Source of the DNA: Macrostomum hystrix
Taxonomy: Eukaryota; Animalia; Platyhelminthes
DNA: 64,000 bases
NCBI GenBank assembly: GCA_950097015.1
Contig: CATNEN010000012.1
Span: 3,534,001-3,598,000 of the forward strand
Direction of reading: 5' to 3'
Part shown: in pieces, positions 13,429 to 27,501 of the stretch
How the letters are laid out: every line of letters begins with the position of its first letter
Numbering within the stretch: the stretch's first letter is position 1
The notes under the pieces: model-generated
Seen by the model: the letters and a program-made list of their open reading frames with translations, nothing else
What the model was told of the DNA's origin: nothing
Databases searched by the model: none
Made by a program: the position numbers and the translations under genes

Positions 13429-16400
13429 ATGGAAAACGTTGAAGAAGTGCAGATCCTGCCTCTTAAGTCTGTCTCAGGTAAGGATTATCAGTTAGGGTTA
13501 TTGTAGCTATATTGTGCAAGGTAACAATGCTAAATTATATGTAAATTTATAGATTCATAAAAAATAATTGAAGTTATCAAATCTAAAAAAATCATAGGGA
13601 TAAAATGTTGTGTTTCTACTTTATCAGACTACCGAGTTTGCTTATTTTAGATGGCGGCGAGAATCATGTTGCTGCAGGTAAGAATAAAAAATTCTTTTTT
13701 GCTAATTTAAATAACAGTAGTATACATTTACACAAAAACTAAGCAATAAAAGAAATATTCCTAAAATATAGAAAGTTTTTTATAAACAATAATTTGCACA
13801 CTTGAAACATTTTATGCATTGTTATTTCCGTTAAAATATTTTCATATGCATTTCTATATGCATATGAATACGTGCACATAACTTTACGCTTAAAAGTTTT
13901 CTACTCTTAAATATATTTCTAAATTAAAGCAAGCATTGTTATTCGCTAGTCGATAAATTTAGTCAATAATTCTGCATGCAGTAAAACAGCGAAGCCTTTG
14001 TTAAAATGTTCCGTATTTTAACATTTCACAAGACACCCAATTAACCTATAGCACATATCTGCATATTTTCATACTTGCATGAGTTATTACACAGCTTTTT
14101 AAAAATGATATTATAATTTTCAATACTTTTTTGCATTGCTTTGAGGGCCGCATGAGTCAATGAAAAGGCATGAATTTTGACATATCATACAGCTGGCACT
14201 ACTCAAGCCTTCATGATTGGTGTGCTCAAACATAGCAGTTTGTTGAAATTACCTAACATCTTCTGCTGGACCACAAGTGCCTCGGTTCAGCTCAGAAGTA
14301 CTCAAGCCTCTCTATGCCAGCACCAGCCCCAGGGCGTTGTCTTAATTCGACTGATAAATTGCCAATCGCCCAGCTACCCCTGAATCTCCTTCCCTTCTTT
14401 CCTTTCCACTCACAATCTGCCTTCGCACTGTGCTCATCTGTCTCAAGCAAATTTGCCAAAGGGATTATAGACCAACCCAAATATCCTATTTTTCCTCGTA
14501 AACCACTTTTCGTCTAGTGTTTGTCCAGCAGCAAGCCAATCTTCCACTTTGTTCTGCCTAGCAACCGCTCCGACTCACTGATATTAAATCCCAGAGCAGC
14601 TGAGATGCTTCATCTTGACTGAGCTGCTGCTTTCAGCAATGCAATCTCAAGCAGAGCGCCTGAAAATGGGCAGATTGGGAGAGATAGCGTAGACCATGAG
14701 TGGCCGACCTCCGGACTGAAGTTCAGACGCCTCTGAATCTGCCCTTGGCCCGTACTGACAACTACTCTCTGTGTCTTACCTCCGTCTTAGCCATCTATCT
14801 CGCAATCTCCCTCTCATCTCAATATTTCCCTCTCCCATCTTCCCTGCCTCATTCCTCCCCTGTCTCATCTCTCCCCTGTCTCACCTCTCCCGTGTCTCAC
14901 CTCTCCCCTGTCTCATCTCTCCCGTGTCTCATCTCTTCCCTGTCTCATCTCTCCCCTGTCTCATCTCTCCCCTGTCTCATCTCTTCCCTGTCTCATCTCT
15001 CCCCTGTCTCATCTCTCCCGTGTCTCATCTCTCCCCTGTCTCATCTCTCCCCTGTCTCATCTCTCCCGTGTCTCATCTCTCCCCTGTCTCATCTCTCCCC
15101 TGTCTCATCTCTCCCGTGTCTCATCTCTCCCGTGTCTCATCTCTCCCCTGTCTCATCTCTTCCCCGTCTCATCTCTCCCCTGTCTCATCTCTCCCGTGTC
15201 TCATCTCTCCCGTGTCTCATCTCTCCCCTGTCTCATCTCTTCCCTGTCTCATCTCTCCCCTGTCTTATCTCTCCCCTGTCTCATCTCTCCCCTGTCTTTC
15301 AATCTGGCCCGCTGTTTCGGGCCAGACATCTAGACTGTTTCTTTGGCCCGTGAGGTACACAAAGTTGTCGAGCCTAGTCATCGATCTGTTGCCTCGTTTT
15401 CGTTTGTCACCTTGTTTGAAACGCTGGTTTTTAACGCAATTCAATTAATGCTGCTTGGTCTTCATAAAAATAAATGCTTCAAAGACGGCAGAAGGCACGG
15501 CACTTAAAAGTTGAAGAGAAAAGATAAATCTGGTCTATCTATCTGTCCCTCTCCATTGTGCCTATTCAGTCGGCGCACTTCAGTGACACTTATCACTTGC
15601 GATCGAAATTAAACCAAGCCCTCTAAATAATTCAGTTTTCTTTTTTCTTCAACGAACTTCTACGCAATAAACTGAAGACATTACGAAATTAATGGAATTC
15701 TGGTTCTGAATATATTGTTGTGGTTCATAGACCTTACAGGCCTTCTCAATTCTCCTAATGGACAAACGCCAATTTTGAAATCTGGGGTCCCTGTGGATTG
15801 GTATGCTGGTTGAGGTAGCTCAGCTGCAACTTAGGGCTATAATCTTCCTCAGTTTAATCAAATTTGTCTTGGCTCTAGTTGAAGGATTTACATTCAGTCA
15901 TCATTGATAAATCCAGATGCTGATAGCCGTCCCATAGGGAATAGATTCTGCAATCGGATTTGCAAATGCAATGCGAACTATTCAAACTTCCCAGACCTTA
16001 TGATTTATGTACCTGCTGTCCAGTCCTGAGTAACTGAGCAGTTGACTCACTGAGCAGTTGACTCACTGAGCAGTTGACTCGCTGAGAAGTTGACTCGCTG
16101 AGCAGTTGACTCACTGAGACGTTGACTCACTGAGCAGTTGACTCACTGAGCAGTTGACTCACTGAGCAGTTGACTCACTGAGCAGTTGACTCACTGAGCA
16201 GTTGACTCACTGAGCAGTTGACTCGCTGAGCAGTTGACTCACTGAGCAGTTGACTCACTGAGCAGTTGACTCACTGAGCAGTTGACTCACTGACCTTGCA
16301 GAAAAACCCTCACAGCAGCAGTCGCACCTGAGACAGGCAAAGCCCAGCTTCGCGGCAAAGCGGCTGCTGGCTCTCACCTGTCTGCTGCTTCTAGTAGCTC

Positions 16401-19400
16401 TGATTGCCGTGTTCGCCCTGCTGGCTGTCCTGACAACGAGGCGATGCAGCGGCACCCCCGGCCGCGGAGTTTCCGATGCCGGCGAGTCAAACGAAGACAA
16501 CGCTCAGCTGCGCCCGCCGAAGCCGCCGATGCCGGCGCCGACGCCGTTGGTCCACCTTGACGAGGCCGGGCGGGCCTGCTGGCACCAGGACATCCGGCTG
16601 CCCAGGGCCCTGGCGCCCATCAGTTACCGCCTGCTGGTGCGCCCGCTGATGCCGGCTGAGGGCGCGGAGCTGGGCAAGTTCGAAGCGATCAACTTCGGCC
16701 GGGTTGAGATGCAGCTGAACTGCACGGAGGCGACGGACTCTGTTGTCTTCCATGCTGGCGCGGCCATCCGCATCACCGGCCTGACGGTGGCTTCGCTCAG
16801 GCCCAACGGGCCGTCCCTGACGGAGCTTGAACGACAGCGCTGCCCCGGCCTCTCGCTGGTGCACATCCGGCTCAACCGACGGTGCGAGGCCGGCGAACAG
16901 TTCAACGTGACGCTGGAATTCGAGCGTGTGATTGACATCGACAGACTGGACGGCTTCTATCTGGGCAGCTACAAGGATAAGAACATGAATACCAGGTGAG
17001 ACAGCCGCGATTCCTGCACCAACCCCTGTCTCATCTCTCCCGTGTCTCATCTCTCTCATGTCTCATCTCTCCCCTGTCTCATCTCTCCCGTCACATCTCT
17101 CCCGTGTCTCATCGCTCCTGTGTCTCACCTCTCCACTGTCTCATCTCTCCTCTGTCTCATCTCTCCCCTGTCTCATCTCTCCTCTGTCTCATCTCTCCCC
17201 TGTCTCATCTCTTCTCTGTCTCATCGCTCCTGTGTCTCCTCTGTCTCATCTCTCCCGTGTCTCATCTCTCCCGTGTCTCATCTCTTTCCTGTCTCATCGC
17301 TCCTGTGTCTCCACTGTCTCATCTCTCCCGTGTATCATCGCTCCTGTGTCTCATCTCTCCCGTGTCTCATCTCTCCCCTGTCCTGTACAATCTTACTTTG
17401 TACATGTATTATGTGTTAATATTAAGCAGTATTTTAGATTCTGTATTTGTCTTTCGAGCCGTTAGGTCTGATGCCTTAATGTGGTTGTGTGGTTTTGAAG
17501 CCAGACTCAAACATAGGATAAAAGTGTTTCGTACATACTTTTATATATAGAGTTTTAATATATATGTCAAATACTAGATAACTAATAAAGGATTGCCTCC
17601 AAAGTAGTGAAATTCGTTAATAAACTTAGCGTAAATTTACAATCGAGAACAGCGTCTTCTAATTAGTGTGACAGACCTGGAGGAAGAGGCTAAATATAGA
17701 TTTCCAGGAATTCACCATTTCCTGGAAACATCGCGGGCTTGGCATTAATAATTGAAACAAAACCTGTAGTTGCAAAAATGCAGCAATGCCCCTCTTCCCA
17801 TCAAAGCTTTTTCAGTTTTTTTTTCTAAGAAAATTAAACACGTGTCAGCTTCTCTGTATGTTTGTGTCTCGTGTTTTATGAGTGATCCAGAACCTTTGTC
17901 CCTCTTGCCCACTGTCTCCCTAGTCTGCTTGCTGTCTCGTGTTTTTAGTCCCACAGGATTAATACAAATGTCTATGAGCAGAATGGCTTGTGCCCGTTGT
18001 ACTCGTAAATTATTAAAATAATATGACACTGAGCTCTAGTTCAAAGGAGTTTGGCATGCAATCATTATTCGCACTTTTGTCACAGAAACTTTGTACACTG
18101 CCTGATGATAAGACACCCTCATATCACAGAAACTGTGTACACACTGCCTGATGATAAGACACCTTCATATCCCAGAAACTGTGTACACTGCCTGATGATA
18201 AGACACCTTCATATCCCAGAAACTGTGTACACACTGCCTGATGATAAGACACCTTCATATCACAGAAACTGTGTACACACTGCCTGATAATAAGACACCT
18301 TCATATCACAGAAACTGTGTACACACTGCCTGATGATAAGACACCTTCATATTCCAGAAACTGTGTACACACTGCCTGATGATAAGACACCTTCATATCA
18401 CAGAAACTGTGTACACACTGCCTGATAATAAGACACCTTCATATCACAGAAACTGTGTACACACTGCCTGATGATAAGACACCTTCATATTCCAGAAACT
18501 GTGTACACACTGCCTGATGATAAGACACCTTCATATCACAGAAACTGTGTACACACTGCCTGATGCTGAGACACCTTCATATCCCAGAAACTGTGTACAC
18601 ATTGCCTGATGATAAGACACCTTCATATCCCAGAAACTGTGTACACTGCCTGATGATAAGACACCTTCATATCCCAGAAACTGTGTACACACTGCCTGAT
18701 GATAAGACACCTTCATATCCCAGAAACTGTGTACACACTGCCTGATGATAAGACACCTTCATATCCCAGAAACTGAGTACACACTGCCTGATGATAAGAC
18801 ACCTTCATATCACAGAAAACTGTGTACACTGCCTGATGATAAGACACCTTCATATCCCAGAAACTGTGTACACACTGCCTGATGCTGAGACACCTTCATG
18901 TCACAGAAACTGTGTACACACTGCCTGATGATAAGACACCTTCATATCACAGAAACTGTGTACACACTGCCTGATGATAAGACACCTTCATATCCCGGAA
19001 ACTGTGTACACACTGCCTGATGATAAGACACCTTCATATCCCAGAAACTGTGTACACATTGCCTGACGATAAGACACCTTCATATCCCAGAAACTGTGTA
19101 CACACTGCCTGATGATAAGACACCTTCATATCCCAGAAACTGTGTACATTGCCTGATGATAAGACACCTTCATATCCCAGAAACTGTGTACACACTGCCT
19201 GATGATAAGACACCTTCATATCCCAGAAACTGTGTACACACTGCCTGATGATAAGACACCTTCATATCCCAGAAACTGTGTACACACTGCCTGATGATAA
19301 GGACACCTTCATATCACAGAAACTGTGTACACTGCCTGATGATAAGACACCTTCATATCCCAGAAACTGTGTACACATTGCCTGATGATAAGACACCTTC

Positions 19401-22400
19401 ATATCCCAGAAACTGTGTACACACTGCCTGATGATAAGACACCTTCATATCCCAGAAACTGTGTACATTGCCTGATGATAAGACACCTTCATATCCCAGA
19501 AACTGTGTACACACTGCCTGATGATAAGACACCTTCATATCCCAGAAACTGTGTACACACTGCCTGATGATAAGACACCTTCATATCCCAGAAACTGTGT
19601 ACACACTGCCTGATGATAAGACACCTTCATATCCCAGAAACTGTGTACACTGCCTGATGCCGAGACACCTTCATATCACAGAAACTGTGTACACACTGCC
19701 TGATGATAAGACACCTTCATATCACAGAAACTGTGTACACACTGCCTGATGATAAGACACCTTCATATTCCAGAAACTGTGTACACACTGCCTGATGATA
19801 AGACACCTTCATATCACAGAAACTGTGTACACACTGCCTGATGCTGAGACACCTTCATATCCCAGAAACTGTGTACACATTGCCTGATGATAAGACACCT
19901 TCATATCCCAGAAACTGTGTACACTGCCTGATGATAAGACACCTTCATATCCCAGAAACTGTGTACACACTGCCTGATGATAAGACACCTTCATATCCCA
20001 GAAACTGTGTACACACTGCCTGATGATAAGACACCTTCATATCCCAGAAACTGTGTACACACTGCCTGATGATAAGACACCTTCATATCACAGAAACTGT
20101 GTACACTGCCTGATGATAAGACACCTTCATATCCCAGAAACTGTGTACACACTGCCTGATGCTGAGACACCTTCATGTCACAGAAACTGTGTACACACTG
20201 CCTGATGATAAGACACCTTCATATCACAGAAACTGTGTACACACTGCCTGATGATAAGACACCTTCATATCCCGGAAACTGTGTACACACTGCCTGATGA
20301 TAAGACACCTTCATATCCCAGAAACTGTGTAACACATTGCCTGATGATAAGGACACCTTCATATCCCAGAAACTGTGTACACACTGCCTGATGATAAGAC
20401 ACCTTCATATCCCAGAAACTGTGTACATTGCCTGATGATAGACACCTTCATATCCCAGAAACTGTGTACACACTGCCTGATGATAAGACACCTTCATATC
20501 CCAGAAACTGTGTACACAACTGCCTGATGATAAGACACCTTCATATCCCAGAAACTGTGTACAACACTGCCTGATGATAAGACACCTTCATATCACAGAA
20601 ACTGTGTACACTGCCTGATGATAAGACACCTTTCATATCCCAGAAAACTGTGTGCACATTGCCTGATGATAAGTCACCTTCATATCCCAGAAACTGGTGT
20701 ACACTGCATGATGATAAGACACCTTCATATCCCAGAAAACTGTGTACACTGCCTGATGCCGAGGACACCTTCATATCACAGAAAACTGTGTACACACTGC
20801 CTGATGATAAGACACCTTCATATCCCAGAAACTGTGTACACTGCCTGATGCCGAGACACCTTCATATCACAGAAACTGTGTACACACTGCCTGATGATAA
20901 GACACCTTCATATCACAGAAACTGTGTACACACTGCCTGATGATAAGACACCTTCATATTCCAGAAACTGTGTACACACTGCCTGATGATAAGACACCTT
21001 CATATCACAGAAACTGTGTACACACTGCCTGATGCTGAGACACCGTCATATCCCAGAAACTGTGTACACATTGCCTGATGATAAGACACCTTCATATCCC
21101 AGAAACTGTGTACACTGCCTGATGATAAGACACCTTCATATCCCAGAAACTGTGTACACACTGCCTGATGATAAGACACCTTCATATCCCAGAAACTGTG
21201 TACACACTGCCTGATGATAAGACACCTTCATATCCCAGAAACTGAGTACACACTGCCTGATGATAAGACACCTTCATATCACAGAAACTGTGTACACTGC
21301 CTGATGATAAGACACCTTCATATCCCAAAAACTGTGTACACACTGCCTGATGCTGAGACACCTTCATGTCACAGAAACTGTGTACACACTGCCTGATGAT
21401 AAGACACCTTCATATCACAGAAACTGTGTACACACTGCCTGATGATAAGACACCTTCATATCCCGGAAACTGTGTACACACTGCCTGATGATAAGACACC
21501 TTCATATCCCAGAAACTGTGTACACATTGCCTGATGATAAGACACCTTCATATCCCAGAAACTGTGTACACACTGCCTGATGATAAGACACCTTCATATC
21601 CCAGAAACTGTGTACACACTGCCTGATGATAAGACACCTTCATATCCCAGAAACTGTGTACACACTGCCTGATGATAAGACACCTTCATATCCCAGAAAC
21701 TGTGTACACACTGCCTGATGATAAGACACCTTCATATCCCAGAAACTGTGTACAACTGCCTGATGATAAGACACCTTCATATCACAGAAACTGTGTACAC
21801 TGCCTGATGATAAGACACCTTCATATCCCAGAAACTGTGTACACATTGCCTGATGATAAGACACCTTCATATCCCAGAAACTGTGTACACACTGCCTGAT
21901 GATAAGACACCTTCATATCCCAGAAACTGTGTACACTTGCCTGATGATAAGACACCTTCATATCCCAGAAACTGTGTACACACTGCCTGATGATAAGACA
22001 CCTTCATATCCCAGAAACTGTGTACACACTGCCTGATGATAAGACACCTTCATATCCCAGAAAACTGTGTACACACTGCCTGATGATAAGACACCTTCAT
22101 ATCCCAGAAACTGTGTACACTGCCTGATGATAAGACACCTTCATATCACAGAAACTGTGTACACACTGCCTGATGCTGAGACACCTTCATATCACAGAAA
22201 CTGTGTACACTGCCTGATGCTGAGACACCTTCATATCACAGAAACTGTGTACACACTGCCTGATGCTGAGACACCTTCATATCCCAGAAACTGTGTACAC
22301 TGCCTGATGCTGAGACACCTTCATATCCCAGAAACTGTGTACACACTGGCTGATGATAAGACACCTTCATATCCCAGAAACTGTGTACACACTGCCTGAT

Positions 22401-25400
22401 GATAAGACACCTTCATATCCTAGCAACTGTGTACACTGCCTGATGATAAGACACCTTCATATCCCAGAAACTGTGTACACTGCCTGATGATAAGACACCT
22501 TCATATCCCAGAAACTGTGTACACTGCCTGATGCCGAGACACCTTCATATCACAGAAACTGTGTACACACTGCCTGATGATAAGACACCCTCATATCCCA
22601 GAAACTGTTACACACTGCCTGATGATAAGACACCTTCATATCCCAGAAACTGTGTACACTGCCTGATGATAAGACACCTTCATATCACAGAAACTGTGTA
22701 CACACTGCCTGATGATAAGACACCTTCATATCCCAGAAACTGTGTACCACTGCCTGATGATAAGACACCTTCATATCACAGAAACTGTGTACACTGCCTG
22801 ATGATAAGACACCTTCATATCCCAGAAACTGTGTACACCTGCCTGATGATAAGACACCTTCATATCCAGAAACTGTGTACACTGCCTGATGATAAGACAC
22901 CTTCATATCACAGAAACTGTGTACACACTGCCTGATGATAAGACACCTTCATATCACAGAAACTGTGTACACACTGCCTGATGATAAGACACCTTCATAT
23001 CCCAGAAACTGTGTACACACTGCCTGATGATAAGACACCTTCATATCCCAGAAAACTGTGTACACACTTGCCTGATGATAAGGACACCTTCATATCCCAG
23101 AAACTGTGTACACACTGCCTGATGATAAGACACCTTCATATCCCAGAAACTGTGTACACACTGCCTGATGATAAGACACCTTCATATCCCAGAAACTGTG
23201 TACACACTTGCCTGATGATAAGACACCTTCATATCCCAGAAACTGTGTACACACTGCCTGATGATAAGACACCTTCATATCCCAGAAACTGTGTACACTT
23301 GCCTGATGATAAGACACCTTCATATCCCAGAAACTGTGTACACTTGCCTGATGATAAGACACCTTCATATCCCAGAAACTGTTGTACACACTGCCTGATG
23401 ATAAGACACCTCATATCCCAGAAACTGTGTACACTGCCTGATGATAAGACACCTTCATATCCCAGAAACTGTGTACACACTGCCTGATGATAAGACACCT
23501 TCATATCCCAGAAACTGTGTACACTGCCTGGTGATAAGACACCTTCATATCCCAGAAACTGTGTACACACTGCCTGATGATAAGACACCTTCATATCACA
23601 GAAACTGTGTACACACTGCCTGATGATAAGACACCTTCATATCCCAGAAACTGTGTACACACTGCCTGATGATAAGACACCTTCATATCCCAGAAACTGT
23701 GTACACACTGCCTGATGATAAGACACCTTCATATCCCAGAAACTGTGTACACACTGCCTGATGATAAGACACCTTCATATCACAGAAACTGTGTACACTG
23801 CCTGATGATAAGACACCTTCATATCCAGAAACTGTGTACACATGCCTGATGATAAGACACCTTCATATCCCAGAAACTGGTACACACTGCCTGATGATAA
23901 GACACCTTCATATCCCAGAAACTGTGTACACACTGCCTGATGATAAGACACCTTCATATCCCAGAAACTGTGTACACACTGCCTGATGATAAGACACCTT
24001 CATATCACAGAAACTGTGTACACACTGCCTGATGCTGAGACACCTTCATATCCCAGAAACTGTGTACACACTGCCTGATGATAAGACACCTTCATATCCC
24101 AGAAACTGTGTACACACTGCCTGATGATAAGACACCTTCATATCACAGAAACTGTGTACACACTGCCTGATGATAAGACACCTTCATATCACAGAACTGT
24201 GTACACACTGCCTGATGATAAGACACCTTCATATCACAGAAACTGTGTACACACTGCCTGATGATAAGACACCTTCATATCACAGAAAGTGTGTACACAC
24301 TGCCTGATGCTGAGACACCTTCATATCACAGAAACTGTGTACACTGCCTGATGATAAGACACCTTCATATCACAGAAACTGTGTACACACTGCCTGATGA
24401 TAAGACACCTTCATATCACAGAAACTGTGTACACACTGCCTGATGATAAGACACCTTCATATCCCAGAAACTGTGTACACACTGCCTGATGATAAGACAC
24501 CTTCATATCCAGAAACTGTGTACACATTGCCTGATGATAAGACACCTTCATATCCCAGAAACTGTGTACACACTGCCTGATGATAAGACACCTTCATATC
24601 CCAGAAACTGTGTACACTGCCTGATGATAAGACACCTTCATATCCCAGAAACTGTGTACACATTGCCTGATGATAAGACACCTTCATATCCCAGAAACTG
24701 TGTACACACTGCCTGATGATAAGACACCTTCATATCCCAGAAACTGTGTACATTGCCTGATGATAAGACACCTTCATATCCCAGAAACTGTGTACATTGC
24801 CTGATGATAAGACACCTTCATATCCCAGAAACTGTGTACACACTGCCTGATGATAAGACACCTTCATATCCCAGAAACTGTGTACACTGCCTGGTGATAA
24901 GACACCTTCATATCCCAGAAACTGTGTACACACTGCCTGATGATAAGACACCTTCATATCACAGAAACTGTGTACACTGCCTGGTGATAAGACACCTTCA
25001 TATCCCAGAAACTGTGTACACACTGCCTGATGATAAGACACCTTCATATCACAGAAACTGTGTACACACTGCCTGATGATAAGACACCTTCATATCCCAG
25101 AAACTGTGTACACACTGCCTGATGATAAGACACCTTCATATCCCAGAAACTGTGTACACACTGCCTGATGATAAGACACCTTCATATCCAGAAACTGTGT
25201 ACACACTGCCTGATGATAAGACACCTTCATATCACAGAAACTGTGTACACTGCCTGATGATAAGACACCTTCATATCCCAGAAACTATGTACACATTGCC
25301 TGATGATAAGACACCTTCATATCCCAGAAACTGTGTACACACTGCCTGATGATAAGGACACCTTCATATCCCAGAAACTGTGTACACACTGCCTGATGAT

Positions 25401-27459
25401 AAGACACCTTCATATCACAGAAACTGTGTACACACTGCCTGATGATAAGACACCTTCATATCACAGAAACTGTGTACACACTGCCTGATGCTGAGACACC
25501 TTCATATCCCAGAAACTGTGTACACACTGCCTGATGATAAGACACCTTCATATCCCAGAAACTGTGTACACACTGCCTGATGATAAGACACCTTCATATC
25601 CCAGAAACTGTGTACACACTGCCTGATGATAAGACACCTTCATATCCCAGAAACTGTGTACACACTGCCTGATGATAAGACACCTTCATATCACAGAAAC
25701 TGTGTACACACTGCCTGATGATAAGACACCTTCATATCACAGAAACTGTGTACACACTGCCTGATGATAAGACACCTTCATATCACAGAAAGTGTGTACA
25801 CACTGCCTGATGCTGAGACACCTTCATATCACAGAAACTGTGTACACTGCCTGATGCTGAGACACCTTCATATCACAGAAACTGTGTACACACTGCCTGA
25901 TGCTGAGACACCTTCATATCCCAGAAACTGTGTACACTGCCTGATGCTGAGGCACCTTCATATCCCTGAAACTGTGTACACACTGCCTGATGATAAGACA
26001 CCTTCATATCCCAGAAACTGTGTACACTGCCGGATGATAAGACACCTTCATATCCCAGAAACTGTGTACACTGCCTGATGATAAGACACCTTCATATCCC
26101 AGAAACTGTGTACACTGCCTGATGCCGAGACACCTTCATATCACAGAAACTGTGTACACACTGCCTAATGATAAGACACCCTCATATCCCAGAAACTGTG
26201 TACACACTGCCTGATGCTGAGACACCTTCATATCACAGAAACTGTGTACACACTGCCTGATGATAAGACACCTTCATATCACAGAAACTGTGTACACTGC
26301 CTGATGATAAGACACCTTCATATCCCAGAAACTGTGTACACACTGCCTGATGATAAGACACCCTCATATCCCAGAAACTGTGTACACACTGCCTGATGAT
26401 AAGACACCTTCATATCCCAGAAACTGTGTACACACTGCCTGATGATAAGACACCTTCATATCACAGAAACTGTGTACACACTGCCTGATGATAAGACACC
26501 TTCATATCACAGAAACTGTGTACACACTGCCTGATGATAAGACACCTTCATATCACAGAAACTGTGTACACACTGCCTGATGATAAGACACCTTCATATC
26601 CCAGAAACTGTGTACACACTGCCTGATGATAAGACACCTTCATATCACAGAAACTGTGTACACACTGCCTGATGATAAGACACCTTCATATCACAGAAAC
26701 TGTGTACACACTGCCTGATGATAAGACACCTTCATATCCCAGAAACTGTGTACACATTGCCTGATGATAAGACACCTTCATATCCCAGAAACTGTGTACA
26801 CTGCCTGATGATAAGACACCTTCATATCCCAGAAACTGTGTACACACTGCCTGATGATAAGACACCTTCATATCCCAGAAACTGTGTACACTGCCTGATG
26901 ATAAGACACCTTCATATCCCAGAAACTGTGTACACACTGCCTGATGATAAGACACCTTCATATCTCAGCAACTGTGTACACACTGCCTGATGATAAGACA
27001 CCTTCATATCCCAGAAACTGTGTACACTGCCTGATGCTGAGACACTTTCATATCATAGAAACTGTAACCTTTCTAGTGTCTCCATGTCTCCCTTCTTCTT
27101 TTTCCAAGCAGCGGGTCGCAGTTTTTCAACGCTCTGTTTATGAATAGCAGTCACCAACGCTAGCATTTTAAAATGGATCGTTTTTAGTCATTCTTCTGTG
27201 CACTTCTGCATCGAACATTCTCTTTCGGGTTTATTCCCACTCTGTAAATCTGTCAAGTCTTTAGGCGCTTGTGTGTGTGCGCTTCGTTTGTAGAACTGTA
27301 CGCAAATTGCACGCTAAAATATACTGAGAGAGAGAGAGTTTGGGAGAATGGCTTTAACAGGAAGTGTTCGAACAGCCAATCAAGGTCAAATAAACTGTTG
27401 GGATCTAGGTACGACCAAGGGGTGTCACATTTCAGCGACAGTATTGCAACAGCCGGCAA

Positions 27460-27501
<42 letters not shown>

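Noticed and set aside
15304-15333. Helitron 3' end (hairpin followed by CTAG)
   Set aside because: Only 4 nt separate hairpin and CTAG, the next base is A rather than T, and no matching 5' TC end or second copy was seen.
18051-27147. Dozens of 60-170 aa ORFs, and a CRISPR-like regular repeat
   Set aside because: Pure tandem array with no unique spacers and no cas genes, in a eukaryotic intron.
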